A DNA stretch of 64,000 nt. It comes from TPA_inf: Saccharomyces (lineage: Eukaryota). The notes beneath the pieces are model-generated. The model had not been told where the DNA came from. It saw nothing but the letters and a program-made list of their open reading frames with translations, and did not search any database. Below, piece after piece: positions 22,706-34,004 of this stretch (its first letter is position 1; the number at the start of each line of letters is the position of its first letter). The translations under genes were made by a program, and so were the position numbers. The stretch spans positions 448,001-512,000 of the forward strand of contig BK006934.2 of NCBI GenBank assembly GCA_000146045.2, given 5' to 3'.

Positions 22706-22959
22706 CGCGGTGCTTCGTCCTGGTGGTCCACGCGGCCTTGCGCTTTGGCCTTGGTGGGCTTCGAGGCTGTATTATATAAATGGGCCTGATGTTCGTTAAA
22801 AGCTGCAGTATTGTTCCTGAGCTTGTTTCTTTTTCAAAGGTTTCCTTTTTTCTTAGTGGGGTCCTTTCTTACATAATAAAGTAAATAGCCTGATACATAT
22901 AAACCTGTATTGTTGCCATTACAGAAAAAAGCCACTTTCTATACAAAAACTACAATAAA

Positions 22960-24429
22960 ATGTCTGCTGATTTCGGTTTGATTGGTTTGGCCGTCATGGG
23001 TCAAAATTTGATCTTGAACGCTGCTGACCACGGTTTCACTGTTTGTGCTTACAACAGAACTCAATCCAAGGTCGACCATTTCTTGGCCAATGAAGCTAAG
23101 GGCAAATCTATCATCGGTGCTACTTCCATTGAAGATTTCATCTCCAAATTGAAGAGACCTAGAAAGGTCATGCTTTTGGTTAAAGCTGGTGCTCCAGTTG
23201 ACGCTTTGATCAACCAAATCGTCCCACTTTTGGAAAAGGGTGATATTATCATCGATGGTGGTAACTCTCACTTCCCAGATTCTAATAGACGTTACGAAGA
23301 ATTGAAGAAGAAGGGTATTCTTTTCGTTGGTTCTGGTGTCTCCGGTGGTGAGGAAGGTGCCCGTTACGGTCCATCTTTGATGCCAGGTGGTTCTGAAGAA
23401 GCTTGGCCACATATTAAGAACATCTTCCAATCCATCTCTGCTAAATCCGACGGTGAACCATGTTGCGAATGGGTTGGCCCAGCCGGTGCTGGTCACTACG
23501 TCAAGATGGTTCACAACGGTATTGAATACGGTGATATGCAATTGATTTGTGAAGCTTATGACATCATGAAGAGATTGGGTGGGTTTACCGATAAGGAAAT
23601 CAGTGACGTTTTTGCCAAATGGAACAATGGTGTCTTGGATTCCTTCTTGGTCGAAATTACCAGAGATATTTTGAAATTCGACGACGTCGACGGTAAGCCA
23701 TTAGTTGAAAAAATCATGGATACTGCTGGTCAAAAGGGTACTGGTAAGTGGACTGCCATCAACGCCTTGGATTTGGGTATGCCAGTTACTTTGATTGGTG
23801 AAGCTGTCTTTGCCCGTTGTCTATCTGCTTTGAAGAACGAGAGAATTAGAGCCTCCAAGGTCTTACCAGGCCCAGAAGTTCCAAAAGACGCCGTCAAGGA
23901 CAGAGAACAATTTGTCGATGATTTGGAACAAGCTTTGTATGCTTCCAAGATTATTTCTTACGCTCAAGGTTTCATGTTGATCCGTGAAGCTGCTGCTACT
24001 TATGGCTGGAAACTAAACAACCCTGCCATCGCTTTGATGTGGAGAGGTGGTTGTATCATTAGATCTGTTTTCTTGGGTCAAATCACAAAGGCCTACAGAG
24101 AAGAACCAGATTTGGAAAACTTGTTGTTCAACAAGTTCTTCGCTGATGCCGTCACCAAGGCTCAATCTGGTTGGAGAAAGTCAATTGCGTTGGCTACCAC
24201 CTACGGTATCCCAACACCAGCCTTTTCCACCGCTTTGTCTTTCTACGATGGGTACAGATCTGAAAGATTGCCAGCCAACTTACTACAAGCTCAACGTGAC
24301 TACTTTGGTGCTCACACTTTCAGAGTGTTGCCAGAATGTGCTTCTGACAACTTGCCAGTAGACAAGGATATCCATATCAACTGGACTGGCCACGGTGGTA
24401 ATGTTTCTTCCTCTACATACCAAGCTTAA
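22960..24429 (+). CDS. GND1: 6-phosphogluconate dehydrogenase (decarboxylating), major isoform, 489 aa
   Basis: The 489-aa translation has the GLAVMGQNL Rossmann N-terminus and the 6PGD signature. Strong codon bias is present. The position matches YHR183W. Confidence 0.97.
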
Positions 24430-24743
24430 AGGAAATCTCCAACCTGGACATAAACCAAAAAAATTTAATGAAATAGATTAGTTATAGTAAAAGTAATCAT
24501 AATAATAAATAGATAAATAAATCCAAATGCAATTATAAATAGTATATGAAGTTATGTGTTTTCTAAAATATTAAAGGTTTATAAACGGGGTCCCGAAACT
24601 ATCTCCATTTCTTTTTTTTTTTTTACGTAAGGAAAGGCAAACAGGCGACACAAAATCATGAAGTCAGAAAATAAAATAAAAGTGAAAAATTTCACAATAG
24701 TGCCTATTATCATGATAGAAGTAGAGTAGAAAAGCTAGCAACA

Positions 24744-26459
24744 ATGAGAAGCTCTGGCACATATGAGAATGATCCTTCTGGGGAAATAACCTCAACTTCC
24801 CCAAAGCAGTCGAAGCAGAAAAAGCCTACCAAATTTAGGGAAAGAATGCGCAGGTGGTTACAAAATGGGAAAAATAACAACCACCAAGGAGAGGAGGATG
24901 TTCCTGAAATATTTAACAAGAATTTTTATCCGCAAACAGGCATGACAGCTTTCAACAATAATGATAATGGTGAGGTTCAGGATGTTACAAACAATTTTTT
25001 TTTGCCCAGTGAAGATGAATCTGGTCCAGTTCAAAGTAGTGTTAAAACTTTTTTAACTGGTAACAATGATGAAGATTCTAACTTCCAACAAAACCAGAAT
25101 CCTAAACAAAAGTCCGAACTTCCAAAGTCACCTTACCGGCAAAAACCTACGCAAGAAATAGCATTATTGAAAGATCTTTTCGTTACCAACAAATATGACG
25201 ATCCCTATTTGAATTCTTCCACAAGGTTTGGTAACATAACTTCAACTTTTCCCAGTAGTTTGTCATTGAGGACTGTCACCTTACAAACAATAAAAAAAAG
25301 AATTGACTGTATTTCTGCAAAAAAAAAAGAAGTGTGGAAGACAGAGGAAAAATTTCTAAAAGATATCTTAATGTGGTTACAGAGTTCAAATTTTGAAGAC
25401 CCTGATACAATATCATTAATACATGAAATTGAAAAAATATTTGAAGAGGATATCCATTTTGAACAAAACGTGTCGGATTGCTTAAAAGAAATCTCAAATA
25501 ATTTCGAATATATCTGCATGCGAGAAACCCAATTGATAAACGAAGGAAACATACTAAAAAATGACTTAAAAAAGTACGCAAAAGCAAGGGAACATAAAGG
25601 CGAAAAGCATGAAGATACTGAAGTCTTGAGGGAAAAAGTAATATCATCACAAAAATCGTTTGATGTTACAAAGAGGCACTATAAGCATGCAATTTCAATA
25701 ACGACAAGACAGCTATTTATGAATTTGGCGTTTGAGTACTACGAAAATTGTTCAGATATGAAGGATATTTCGAGAAAATACCTACAAGAATCTTTGTCCA
25801 CTTTACAAACTATCGACACATTGAGTTTTTCGGAAGAATTAGAAAAAATTAGAAAGAGAAGATTTGATAAGTTTTGGGCAAAAACTAATCCTGATCCAAC
25901 AAACAATATTCAAAAGTTTGTTAATATGAGAACAGGAGTAGCAGGTTTTAATGATTCCTTAATGAATCACTTGTACGGGAAACTAAGTTTCGGGGTAGCG
26001 CCAGTTGAAGAAGAATTACAAAACTCACAGCCGGAGCACACTGATGTGCCTGAAAATGTTTGGAATGAGGTTCTCTCTGATTATAATTCAATGGATGGTA
26101 ATCCAATTACTTCAAATAAATTCCTTTCTGCGAAAGAACTTGAGCCCGATCAATTAGTTGAACTTCTCGCTCAGGAAAAAGAAGAGAAAGAGGCAAAAAA
26201 TATCAGCTCTTCAACTGCAGAAGTTCCATCGATATCGCAACCTGAAATAAAGAAGGAGAATCTCGAATCAAATGATTCCTTGATTTTAAGAAGCACGAAA
26301 AGAAATGTAAATGTCAATGCCGCTAGTTTGAGGAATCTTTCCATTAAAAAAACTCAAGTCAAACCGGAGTCTGCAAGTGAAGAAAGCAAAGTTCTTGCTG
26401 CAGCTTTAAATGATGCAAAACAAAACTTGGATGAAAACGTCTGGAGAACTCCTATCTAA
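24744..26459 (+). CDS. SSP1: Sporulation-specific protein required for prospore membrane formation, 571 aa
   Basis: The 571-aa length, position and sequence are consistent with YHR184W. No enzymatic domains are present. Confidence 0.8.
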   Translation: MRSSGTYENDPSGEITSTSPKQSKQKKPTKFRERMRRWLQNGKNNNHQGEEDVPEIFNKNFYPQTGMTAFNNNDNGEVQDVTNNFFLPSEDESGPVQSSVKTFLTGNNDEDSNFQQNQNPKQKSELPKSPYRQKPTQEIALLKDLFVTNKYDDPYLNSSTRFGNITSTFPSSLSLRTVTLQTIKKRIDCISAKKKEVWKTEEKFLKDILMWLQSSNFEDPDTISLIHEIEKIFEEDIHFEQNVSDCLKEISNNFEYICMRETQLINEGNILKNDLKKYAKAREHKGEKHEDTEVLREKVISSQKSFDVTKRHYKHAISITTRQLFMNLAFEYYENCSDMKDISRKYLQESLSTLQTIDTLSFSEELEKIRKRRFDKFWAKTNPDPTNNIQKFVNMRTGVAGFNDSLMNHLYGKLSFGVAPVEEELQNSQPEHTDVPENVWNEVLSDYNSMDGNPITSNKFLSAKELEPDQLVELLAQEKEEKEAKNISSSTAEVPSISQPEIKKENLESNDSLILRSTKRNVNVNAASLRNLSIKKTQVKPESASEESKVLAAALNDAKQNLDENVWRTPI

Positions 26460-26626
26460 AAAACAAACGAATATAGTTTGAACACTCATTCCATGTTCTA
26501 TGCTTATTGTTGTACATTTATTATTTATATATTCTTAAATATATTTCGAGAGATCTATACATAAACATCAATTTATTATAATTCTACACAAAATTACATT
26601 TAAATATTAATGGCTTTCTTCAAAAT

Positions 26627-27340
26627 TCAAAAATCTTTTTGAGAAAATTCATACTCCTTCAGATATTGGTTTCTTATCAACGCTTCAATTTTTTTCTCTT
26701 GAATATATATAATATCAGTATCGGTTAAAGCTTTAGAATAATCCGTCTCCATACATGATGTTTTCTCGAATGTAAATTCTGTCTCTTCCCAATCCAACAT
26801 ATATTCATAATCAAAGCAGTTTGTAAATAAATAACCGTCGAACCCCACAAAAATTGGTAATCTTTCAAGCCAGCTTTCAACTTTTTCGGAACAAGGCATG
26901 TTTTGTGTTGTCCGTGGACTGAAATATGTCGGAATTTCAAATCCATTATTCGAATTATGTAAAACACTCCAGTTACTAAACTTGACATCTTGGCAATTAA
27001 CTTTTTCAATGTGATTTAAATAGGATAAATAAGGGTTTGGTAATGGTAGCGTACCGTGGGGATACAAATTTGGCAAACAATTGATTGAAGAAAGCTGTGG
27101 TGACATACTGTCAGTAACTCTTATTGGTTTTTCGTATGCAGGCCACTGTTCGTGTTGTCGTCTTCTTAACGCTGGATTGAACTCAGGAAATGTTGTATTC
27201 TGTATCTTCCCGCAATCTGGTGGTATCTTATTAATTATCTCAGCAATCGGAGAGCTTCGAAAGTTGTTCATTTTATTTAGCTTCGATGTTTTAGTCTCCT
27301 TCAGTTCCGGTGCGGAAAGCTGTGTGTAACCTTGATTCAT
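26627..27340 (-). CDS. PFS1: Sporulation protein needed for prospore formation (alias ADY1), 237 aa
   Basis: A 237-aa minus-strand ORF, convergent with SSP1. The position matches YHR185C. Confidence 0.78.
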   Translation of the reverse strand: MNQGYTQLSAPELKETKTSKLNKMNNFRSSPIAEIINKIPPDCGKIQNTTFPEFNPALRRRQHEQWPAYEKPIRVTDSMSPQLSSINCLPNLYPHGTLPLPNPYLSYLNHIEKVNCQDVKFSNWSVLHNSNNGFEIPTYFSPRTTQNMPCSEKVESWLERLPIFVGFDGYLFTNCFDYEYMLDWEETEFTFEKTSCMETDYSKALTDTDIIYIQEKKIEALIRNQYLKEYEFSQKDF

Positions 27341-27686
27341 TTCGATAAAATTTGCGTTTTTATAAAATTCCCAAAAATACTGACTATGGTAGAAAAGATT
27401 TCAACGAGGAAGGTGGTAAAGATCAATGAAGTATCTTCAATCATTATGTAGGTTATAAGTAAATGTTTTTGTTTTCAATTATGTTCCATAGTTTGTGGTA
27501 GTTTTTCTTTGAAAACGACTGTGTCGGCCAGAATTGCTGTCGCATCACCAAAAAAAAAAAAAAATGATACAAAGACTGGGGATGAATGTTACGTAAACAG
27601 GAAAAAAAATATGTCGAAGGAGAGAGAAAAAATATTTAACAAAGTGCATGCCTCTAAACGTCGTAATTGGTCTGGCTATGACAAAC

Positions 27687-27693
27687 AAAAAAA
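27687..27693 (-). terminator. Pol III terminator T7 run downstream of tRNA-Val
   Basis: The forward-strand aaaaaaa at 27687..27693 is TTTTTTT on the tRNA strand, 13 nt after the tRNA 3' end. Confidence 0.5.
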
Positions 27694-27705
27694 TCGATGT
27701 TAAAA

Positions 27706-27778
27706 TGTTCCAACCGAGGATCGAACTCGGGACCTTTGCCGTGTGAAGGCAACGTGATAGCCGCTACACTATTGGAAC
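27706..27778 (-). tRNA. tV(CAC)H: tRNA-Val, anticodon CAC, intronless, 73 nt
   Basis: The reverse complement reads GTTCCAATAGTGTAGCGGCTATCACGTTGCCTTCACACGGCAAAGGTCCCGAGTTCGATCCTCGGTTGGAACA. The acceptor stem is perfect 7 bp, the anticodon loop is TTCACAC, and the B box GGTTCGATCC is present. Confidence 0.9.
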
Positions 27779-27998
27779 AGACTTTTAATATTCTGAACTT
27801 TCTGCTTTACTAAACATCGTATTATTATACGAACATGAAACAATAATTAACAACAAATTCCAGAACTTGCGACCAGCTGTTAAATTCACAATCAGACCAA
27901 TTTTTTACTCGACTTTTATTATATAATAGATTATATATATATATATATATATATCTCTTTTGCAGCTAAATGAAAGAAAAAAAAAGAAATGGCACATA

Positions 27999-30900
27999 TC
28001 AAAAATAATCAATTCTCTCGTCTTCACACTTGTAGATATTTACAATAGAATCGTGAGAATTGGTGGCCGCAATCATCATTCTATGAGGATGGAAAGCCAT
28101 CGAAGATAAAAATGCATCAGAAGTGGAAGAGTAGGACAGTGACTTTGGGATTCCCGTAGCGGCTAATGTACTTGTTACGCCATTATTATGTGAGTTTTTA
28201 AAAGAATTCAAAAGATCTCCAGATGTCGTCCATATCTTTATTTGTTTAGTCCCTGTCGCAATTATCGGAGCATGCTCATGAACCTGCATGCACGTCATTG
28301 TCGTTGGTTTTTGTTGCGAACCGTACTGAGAAGTTACGTTTTGATCAACAAACGATTCTACCGGATCTTCGGACCTTATATCCCATAACTCTACAACACC
28401 ATTGGTAGCTCCACTGACCAATTCTCTGTAACCACCTCTTTGTAAATGAACATTGTTAATCCAAACTCCCTGCTTATCATTTCCAGCTCTCCAGCGACGT
28501 ATCATGGAATCTCTTGGATCGAGACGGCGATCATATACTCTCAGGGAGCCATCTGCAAACCCTGCTACGAAGATATTACCTGCTAGCTGATCAGCCGTCA
28601 AGGATGTAATTAAAGATGATGTTTTTGCAGGAATGTCCACTTCAACCGTTTCTGTATGCGCATCCCAGACACGGATAACCTTAACATCACCAGTTGTTAA
28701 CAATGATCCTCTTATTTGTAACCATTCGGTTAGTAAACCTGTGGATCTAGGTGTCAATAACATATCGGTCAAGCCTCTCCAGGCGGATACAATTTTAAAG
28801 GTGTCGACATCTTGGTAGTCTCTGTATATTTTGATAACACCGTCTGAAGAACCTGTCAATAAAAGGGCGGAGTCATCCTCGTTAATGAGTTTCAGGTCAG
28901 TAACTTTTGTGCCAAAAGGAGTACCATTGGAGAATTTGGACAAAGTCTTTCCTTTCTCCCAATCAAAAACTGTAATGGTACTTCTATCATCTGCAGTAAT
29001 CAGCTGATCTTCAAACTGGGCAAACTTCATCAGTTTTGGTTGACTTTTGTTATTTAAACTAATCAATTTTTTGGACCAATTCCCATAAATCGATAATTTT
29101 TTCTCCCCCTGTGTTTCCTGGATAATAGTTTCATTTCTGTTACGTCTCCACAATCTAGCATTATACTCAACACTGCCAGGTTCATCCGCCTCTTGCTTTT
29201 TCATTTGTGGTTCTTGAAAATATTCACGTGAATAGTCTAAAAAGGAACTATTTAATGGCAATTGTAAGGGTTCTGTATGCTTCCGGAATCTTGGAGTCTC
29301 AGCTGTAGGATAAATATTATTATTGCCATTCAATAAATATAAGCCCGAGGGACCCTTTTTTGAGGTATGCGATTTCATCGAAGTATTTGATGATTGAGTA
29401 TCAGAGTCACTATTGGATTCGCTAAAACCAAGACTCTGGAAAAGTTTAGCTAAAGATGTCCGCATTGGATGAGATATCTTTGGGTCATGCTGTTGTTGCT
29501 CTTTTTTGAATGCATTATTATCTACCCTCTCATTTGGTGAGAATGATCGTAATGAACTTTTTACAAATTGAACCTGCGAAGAATTAAATCCAAATTTACC
29601 AGTTTGGTGAGCTTTCGAGCTTCTTTTCAACAAAAATTTTTCCATAACTGCAAATGGTCCACCAAGTTCCTTATGGGCGCTTAATTCAAGCAAAATATAA
29701 TCTATAACCTGCTTGGATAATTCCTTGTTCTCTAAAAAGGGATCTTCGGCTAGAATCAAGAGAGATTTCCAAACAGTGTAGAAAATGGAACCCTGACTAA
29801 CTGAATACTTATCGGAAGTGTTTCGAGTATTGATATCACTTTTCTCTAAAAGTTTTATTTCTTCCAACAAATCATTGAATACAACTACAATAAAAAAGTT
29901 AGAGTAACGACTCACAATATGCGAAAAATATACGACTAGTTCCTTACGGACTAATGATGAACCATCATTGATTAAAGGTAAGATTGAGATCAAGTTGCCA
30001 ATTTCCTGTCTTTTTAACTTCCTCAAATCAATAACTTCTAGTTGATTTTGCATAACTTGACAATGACGAATCTGCTTTTCAATTTTCATCTGCTGCTGCT
30101 CAAGATGCTGCTGCTGTTGCTGGGACTGTTGTTGTTGTAGATGGGATTGATTTTGGAGATGCTGTAATTGCGAATGTAATTGCTGATACTGTTCTTCAAA
30201 TTCTTGTTGCAATCTCAAAATTACCTCTGCATCTTGAAATCCAGATATGAAATGCTTCAATGCAAATATAGAAGCTGTTCTAACTTCAGGTACAGGGTCC
30301 TTCAAAGATTTTAGTAATATTTCAACAGCACCAGTATTCATACATACAAACCTGTTTAAGGGGTTATCAGCAAACAATAAACCTAATAAAATAACACACC
30401 ACTGTCTTAGTAGGGGTATCTCAGAATTATCAATATAAAAGCACAACTTGTTGACCAGTTCCAAACTAAAACAATTTTTTTGCCCCAGAGGAAAGTTTCG
30501 AACGAATGATGCCAAAACAAAGACAGCCATAGCTTTTTGTTCATCGGTGGTATCATTAGAATGATAAAATGGAAGATTATTGTGGCCCAAGTTGGATGTT
30601 CTATTTCCTTGCTGGCGTTCATAATATCTTGAAGATGGACCATTTATATTCTGCGATGCAGTCATTGTCAACGGGTTCCCACTATTTATCATGGCTGAGC
30701 CATTTGTAGCTGACATGCCATTAACACCCCAATCAGGTACTAACACTGTAACAAAATACATATAACCCTTTTCTTTGATTAATTCACTTTGCGTGTTTTT
30801 GTAATCTATTGACATGATACGGGCCCAAATAAAAACTAGGATGGGCTTCAACTCAGGTGCTGGACTTTGTAGCAGCTTCAAAACGTAGGGGAAGATACCT

Positions 30901-32672
30901 ATTGAAAGTGACAGGTAGACAGCCCACGGGCCTAAATCTAAAAATCTGGATAAAAGTACCAACGCACGTATACGATGCACTTGCGAAAGAAGAACCTGTA
31001 AAACGATAGGAAGCTGCTCAGGCGGGTGTCTGACATTTGAAGCATATTTCAACCACAATTCAAAAGCAGTCAAATTTTGTTCAAAAAATCCTGTAAATTG
31101 TTGTTGTTGTTGTTGCTGCTGCTGTAATTGTTGCTGTGAGCTTTGCAAAGATATAGATTTTCTTGATTGGAGAGCAGGGTTATTTACTAGAGACATTGTA
31201 CTTAAATTGGCCACTGCAAATCTCGATTGTGTTTGAATACTTCCGGCTTTCGTATCTTGGGCATTCGACTTAGAGCTGCCACCATTCTGTAAGGTTTCTT
31301 GTTGTTGTAGAATCATCTGACTCTCTAAGGCAGTAGCGGGAGGAGCATTTTTCAGATCAATGACTATTTTAGTCAGTACTTCATCCATGGCTAAATCCCA
31401 AGATTTCCACATTGGATGTGTGGTTATACTATCTGGTAATTCTGGATCAGATACAGGATGGCAATTGTACCACGGCATTATTCTTTTGGCTAGAAGAAAA
31501 TTTCTGAAAAGCGCAGCAATCATTAAATCATGTCTGAATAATTTTTTGAAAAGTGGTCGGGGGAGGGATGTCCATGCAATTGTGTCCGTTATAGCTGTAA
31601 AAATCCAATTTAGTTCTCCCAACGGCGTTCTCCTATCCGACAACATTCCAGGGATATTGACGTTGGGTATTTTGGACTTGAACGAGTTCTTACTATCACC
31701 AAACGGTTGATTTGAAGTACTATTTTCGAAGAAAATTTTATATTTAGAATCTTTTAAGGGTGACTGCATGAGAAAGATACGGATGCTAATCTCTATTGGA
31801 CAGGTCAAACAACAACTAAACAAATCTGCGGGTAGTTCCGGACTCATAAGTAAAAGTTCATCGGAAGTGCAAGAGGCTAATTGGAAACAATCTTGATAAG
31901 CTGAAGTTGGTGATGGCGCGGCAACATCATGATTTCCCTCTTCATCATCTTTAATCCTCTTTTGCACAAACTTCTGAAAGTTGATTAATATATTTTCAGC
32001 ACTGTTGCAATCATAGACAAATATACATGGCGCACCTAACCAAGTTTGCAGGTCATACAAAGATACCGGAATATATTGTGTATAACCTCTGTTGAAAACC
32101 CAAATTTCACCTGATTTTGTAGGCTTAGGCACACCATGTCCGTTGTAGTGGAAAAGTATCCTATCTTCCTTAGAAGTTCTTCTTAGCGAGTTGCAAAACC
32201 GTTTGACATCCTCTACACAAGGATCCAAGCTTTGTTTATAGCGTGTTCTCAAAGACAGAGTTTCGTACTGTGCTTGTAAGTTTTTACCAATTTGTTCTAT
32301 TGCTTTCTTCGAGTCCTGGAAATTCAATGGGTCTACCCATGCTTCAACTCTGGCACAGGGATGTGTCTTCATAACATCAGGGGGATCGACACCTAAATTC
32401 AAGCATAATAAAAGGGCCGCACTTACTGTCTTCTGTCGATCTTTCATAATCTTCCAATCGGTAATCGGCTGGTAATAACGATTTACATCTCGTTGTTTAT
32501 CCTCTTCAGGAATCGGATTTCCATTAGTTTTGTGTCGTTTATCATCAAAGTAGAATATGAAATCATTCGCGAGTGATTGTAAAAGTTGGTCACTTTGGTA
32601 TTGCTCTTCAAACCCATGTCTCATCACCGTATTGAGTGGCTTTAATGGCTGAGGTCCATAAATCTCCGGCAT
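27999..32672 (-). CDS. KOG1: TORC1 subunit, Raptor homolog (RNC domain, HEAT repeats, C-terminal WD40), 1557 aa
   Basis: The track ORF extends to 32702. The ATG at 32672 gives MPEIYGPQPLKP... and 1557 aa. Caspase-like raptor N-terminal region, internal polyQ tracts and C-terminal WD40 repeats are visible. Confidence 0.9.
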   Translation of the reverse strand: MPEIYGPQPLKPLNTVMRHGFEEQYQSDQLLQSLANDFIFYFDDKRHKTNGNPIPEEDKQRDVNRYYQPITDWKIMKDRQKTVSAALLLCLNLGVDPPDVMKTHPCARVEAWVDPLNFQDSKKAIEQIGKNLQAQYETLSLRTRYKQSLDPCVEDVKRFCNSLRRTSKEDRILFHYNGHGVPKPTKSGEIWVFNRGYTQYIPVSLYDLQTWLGAPCIFVYDCNSAENILINFQKFVQKRIKDDEEGNHDVAAPSPTSAYQDCFQLASCTSDELLLMSPELPADLFSCCLTCPIEISIRIFLMQSPLKDSKYKIFFENSTSNQPFGDSKNSFKSKIPNVNIPGMLSDRRTPLGELNWIFTAITDTIAWTSLPRPLFKKLFRHDLMIAALFRNFLLAKRIMPWYNCHPVSDPELPDSITTHPMWKSWDLAMDEVLTKIVIDLKNAPPATALESQMILQQQETLQNGGSSKSNAQDTKAGSIQTQSRFAVANLSTMSLVNNPALQSRKSISLQSSQQQLQQQQQQQQQFTGFFEQNLTAFELWLKYASNVRHPPEQLPIVLQVLLSQVHRIRALVLLSRFLDLGPWAVYLSLSIGIFPYVLKLLQSPAPELKPILVFIWARIMSIDYKNTQSELIKEKGYMYFVTVLVPDWGVNGMSATNGSAMINSGNPLTMTASQNINGPSSRYYERQQGNRTSNLGHNNLPFYHSNDTTDEQKAMAVFVLASFVRNFPLGQKNCFSLELVNKLCFYIDNSEIPLLRQWCVILLGLLFADNPLNRFVCMNTGAVEILLKSLKDPVPEVRTASIFALKHFISGFQDAEVILRLQQEFEEQYQQLHSQLQHLQNQSHLQQQQSQQQQQHLEQQQMKIEKQIRHCQVMQNQLEVIDLRKLKRQEIGNLISILPLINDGSSLVRKELVVYFSHIVSRYSNFFIVVVFNDLLEEIKLLEKSDINTRNTSDKYSVSQGSIFYTVWKSLLILAEDPFLENKELSKQVIDYILLELSAHKELGGPFAVMEKFLLKRSSKAHQTGKFGFNSSQVQFVKSSLRSFSPNERVDNNAFKKEQQQHDPKISHPMRTSLAKLFQSLGFSESNSDSDTQSSNTSMKSHTSKKGPSGLYLLNGNNNIYPTAETPRFRKHTEPLQLPLNSSFLDYSREYFQEPQMKKQEADEPGSVEYNARLWRRNRNETIIQETQGEKKLSIYGNWSKKLISLNNKSQPKLMKFAQFEDQLITADDRSTITVFDWEKGKTLSKFSNGTPFGTKVTDLKLINEDDSALLLTGSSDGVIKIYRDYQDVDTFKIVSAWRGLTDMLLTPRSTGLLTEWLQIRGSLLTTGDVKVIRVWDAHTETVEVDIPAKTSSLITSLTADQLAGNIFVAGFADGSLRVYDRRLDPRDSMIRRWRAGNDKQGVWINNVHLQRGGYRELVSGATNGVVELWDIRSEDPVESFVDQNVTSQYGSQQKPTTMTCMQVHEHAPIIATGTKQIKIWTTSGDLLNSFKNSHNNGVTSTLAATGIPKSLSYSSTSDAFLSSMAFHPHRMMIAATNSHDSIVNIYKCEDERIDYF

Positions 32673-32989
32673 TATGTATCTTTTACCCTTCTCTGCATGC
32701 AATAGGATTCGCTAAATGTAATCAAAGGAATCTACAAACCAAATGCATTCGAAAATAACTTTACAAGTTTTAAAATCCTCTATATACTTATGTAAAGTAC
32801 TACCTATTGATGATTTATTAAAGTATTTTTGATACTATTAATGCTGCCTTGATTATCATCTCATAGTGCGGGTCACCTTGAAAAATCCAAATATAAGAAG
32901 CGATGCCATTATAACCTCTGGAGAATGATAACTTAAGAGCTTTTTAATAGCTCCAACCCAAGCTATTGCTACAGGTAGAACAAGATATA

Positions 32990-33919
32990 ATGGCCAGTTC
33001 GTCACATAACCCTGTCATTCTTTTGAAAAGAATCTTATCGCTCACAGAAAGCTCCCCTTTCATTTTGTGCTTAGATTCTATTGCCCAGACCTCATACAAG
33101 CTCATCCAAGAATTCGTCCACCAGAGCAAGAGTAAAGGAAATGAGTATCCAATTGTGTACATTTCGTTCGAAACAGTGAATAAACCATCGTACTGTACTC
33201 AATTTATTGACGCTACGCAGATGGATTTTGTACATTTAGTGAAACAAATTATATCATATCTACCGGCTGCTACTGCCACACAGGCAAAAAAGCACATGGT
33301 CATTATCGATTCATTGAACTATATTTCTACAGAATACATAACAAGGTTTTTGTCTGAGATCGCCTCTCCTCACTGCACGATGGTTGCGACTTATCATAAA
33401 GACATCAAAGATGAGAACCGTACGGTAATACCTGATTGGAATAACAATTATCCTGATAAGTTGACTTTACTGCAGTTTATGGCCACTACAATAGTAGATA
33501 TTGATGTGGTATTAACAGGCACTCTCGATACTGAGGAGGTGAGTGAATTGTTAAACGAATTTAGAATTCCTCGCGGGTTAAATAACGATATATTTCAATT
33601 ACGACTTGTTAATAAAAGAAAGTCCGGCAGGTCATTGGAATACGACTTCATAGTAAATTCAAACACCCACGAATATGAATTATTATCAACCACTAAGCAA
33701 GAAGAGGAGAGCAGTAGTAACGGACTGGAGACACCCGAAATGTTGCAAGGATTAACAACATTCAACCTAGGAACATCCAACAAACAGAAGCTGGCCAAAG
33801 ATCAAGTCGCATTGCCTTTTCTGGAGGCACAAAGCTTTGGACAAGGGGGTGCTATTGTTTATGAGTACGAAAAGGATGACGATTATGATGAAGAGGATCC
33901 ATATGAGGATCCCTTTTAA
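32990..33919 (+). CDS. IKI1: Elongator complex subunit (alias ELP5), 309 aa
   Basis: The track ORF 32966..33919 is trimmed to the ATG at 32990 (MASSSHNPVILLKR...), giving 309 aa. The position matches YHR187W. Confidence 0.85.
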   Translation: MASSSHNPVILLKRILSLTESSPFILCLDSIAQTSYKLIQEFVHQSKSKGNEYPIVYISFETVNKPSYCTQFIDATQMDFVHLVKQIISYLPAATATQAKKHMVIIDSLNYISTEYITRFLSEIASPHCTMVATYHKDIKDENRTVIPDWNNNYPDKLTLLQFMATTIVDIDVVLTGTLDTEEVSELLNEFRIPRGLNNDIFQLRLVNKRKSGRSLEYDFIVNSNTHEYELLSTTKQEEESSSNGLETPEMLQGLTTFNLGTSNKQKLAKDQVALPFLEAQSFGQGGAIVYEYEKDDDYDEEDPYEDPF

Positions 33920-34004
33920 AAAGTAGAAACTGATGGTAAATAGTGAGTGCTTCCAGATTATGTAAACTACGTATACTTCATACACATATCTAGATGCTAG
34001 ATTG

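Noticed and set aside
22585-22779. 64-aa ORF in the GC-rich block upstream of GND1
   Set aside because: The open frame is a consequence of GC-richness in a promoter element. I treat the region as regulatory; see the GND1 promoter finding.
24440-24740. Possible ARS consensus matches (WTTTAYRTTTW) in AT-rich intergenic regions, for example downstream of GND1 and between SSP1 and PFS1
   Set aside because: I found only imperfect 9/11-type matches by eye. Such matches are ubiquitous in AT-rich yeast DNA, so this is not enough to call an origin.
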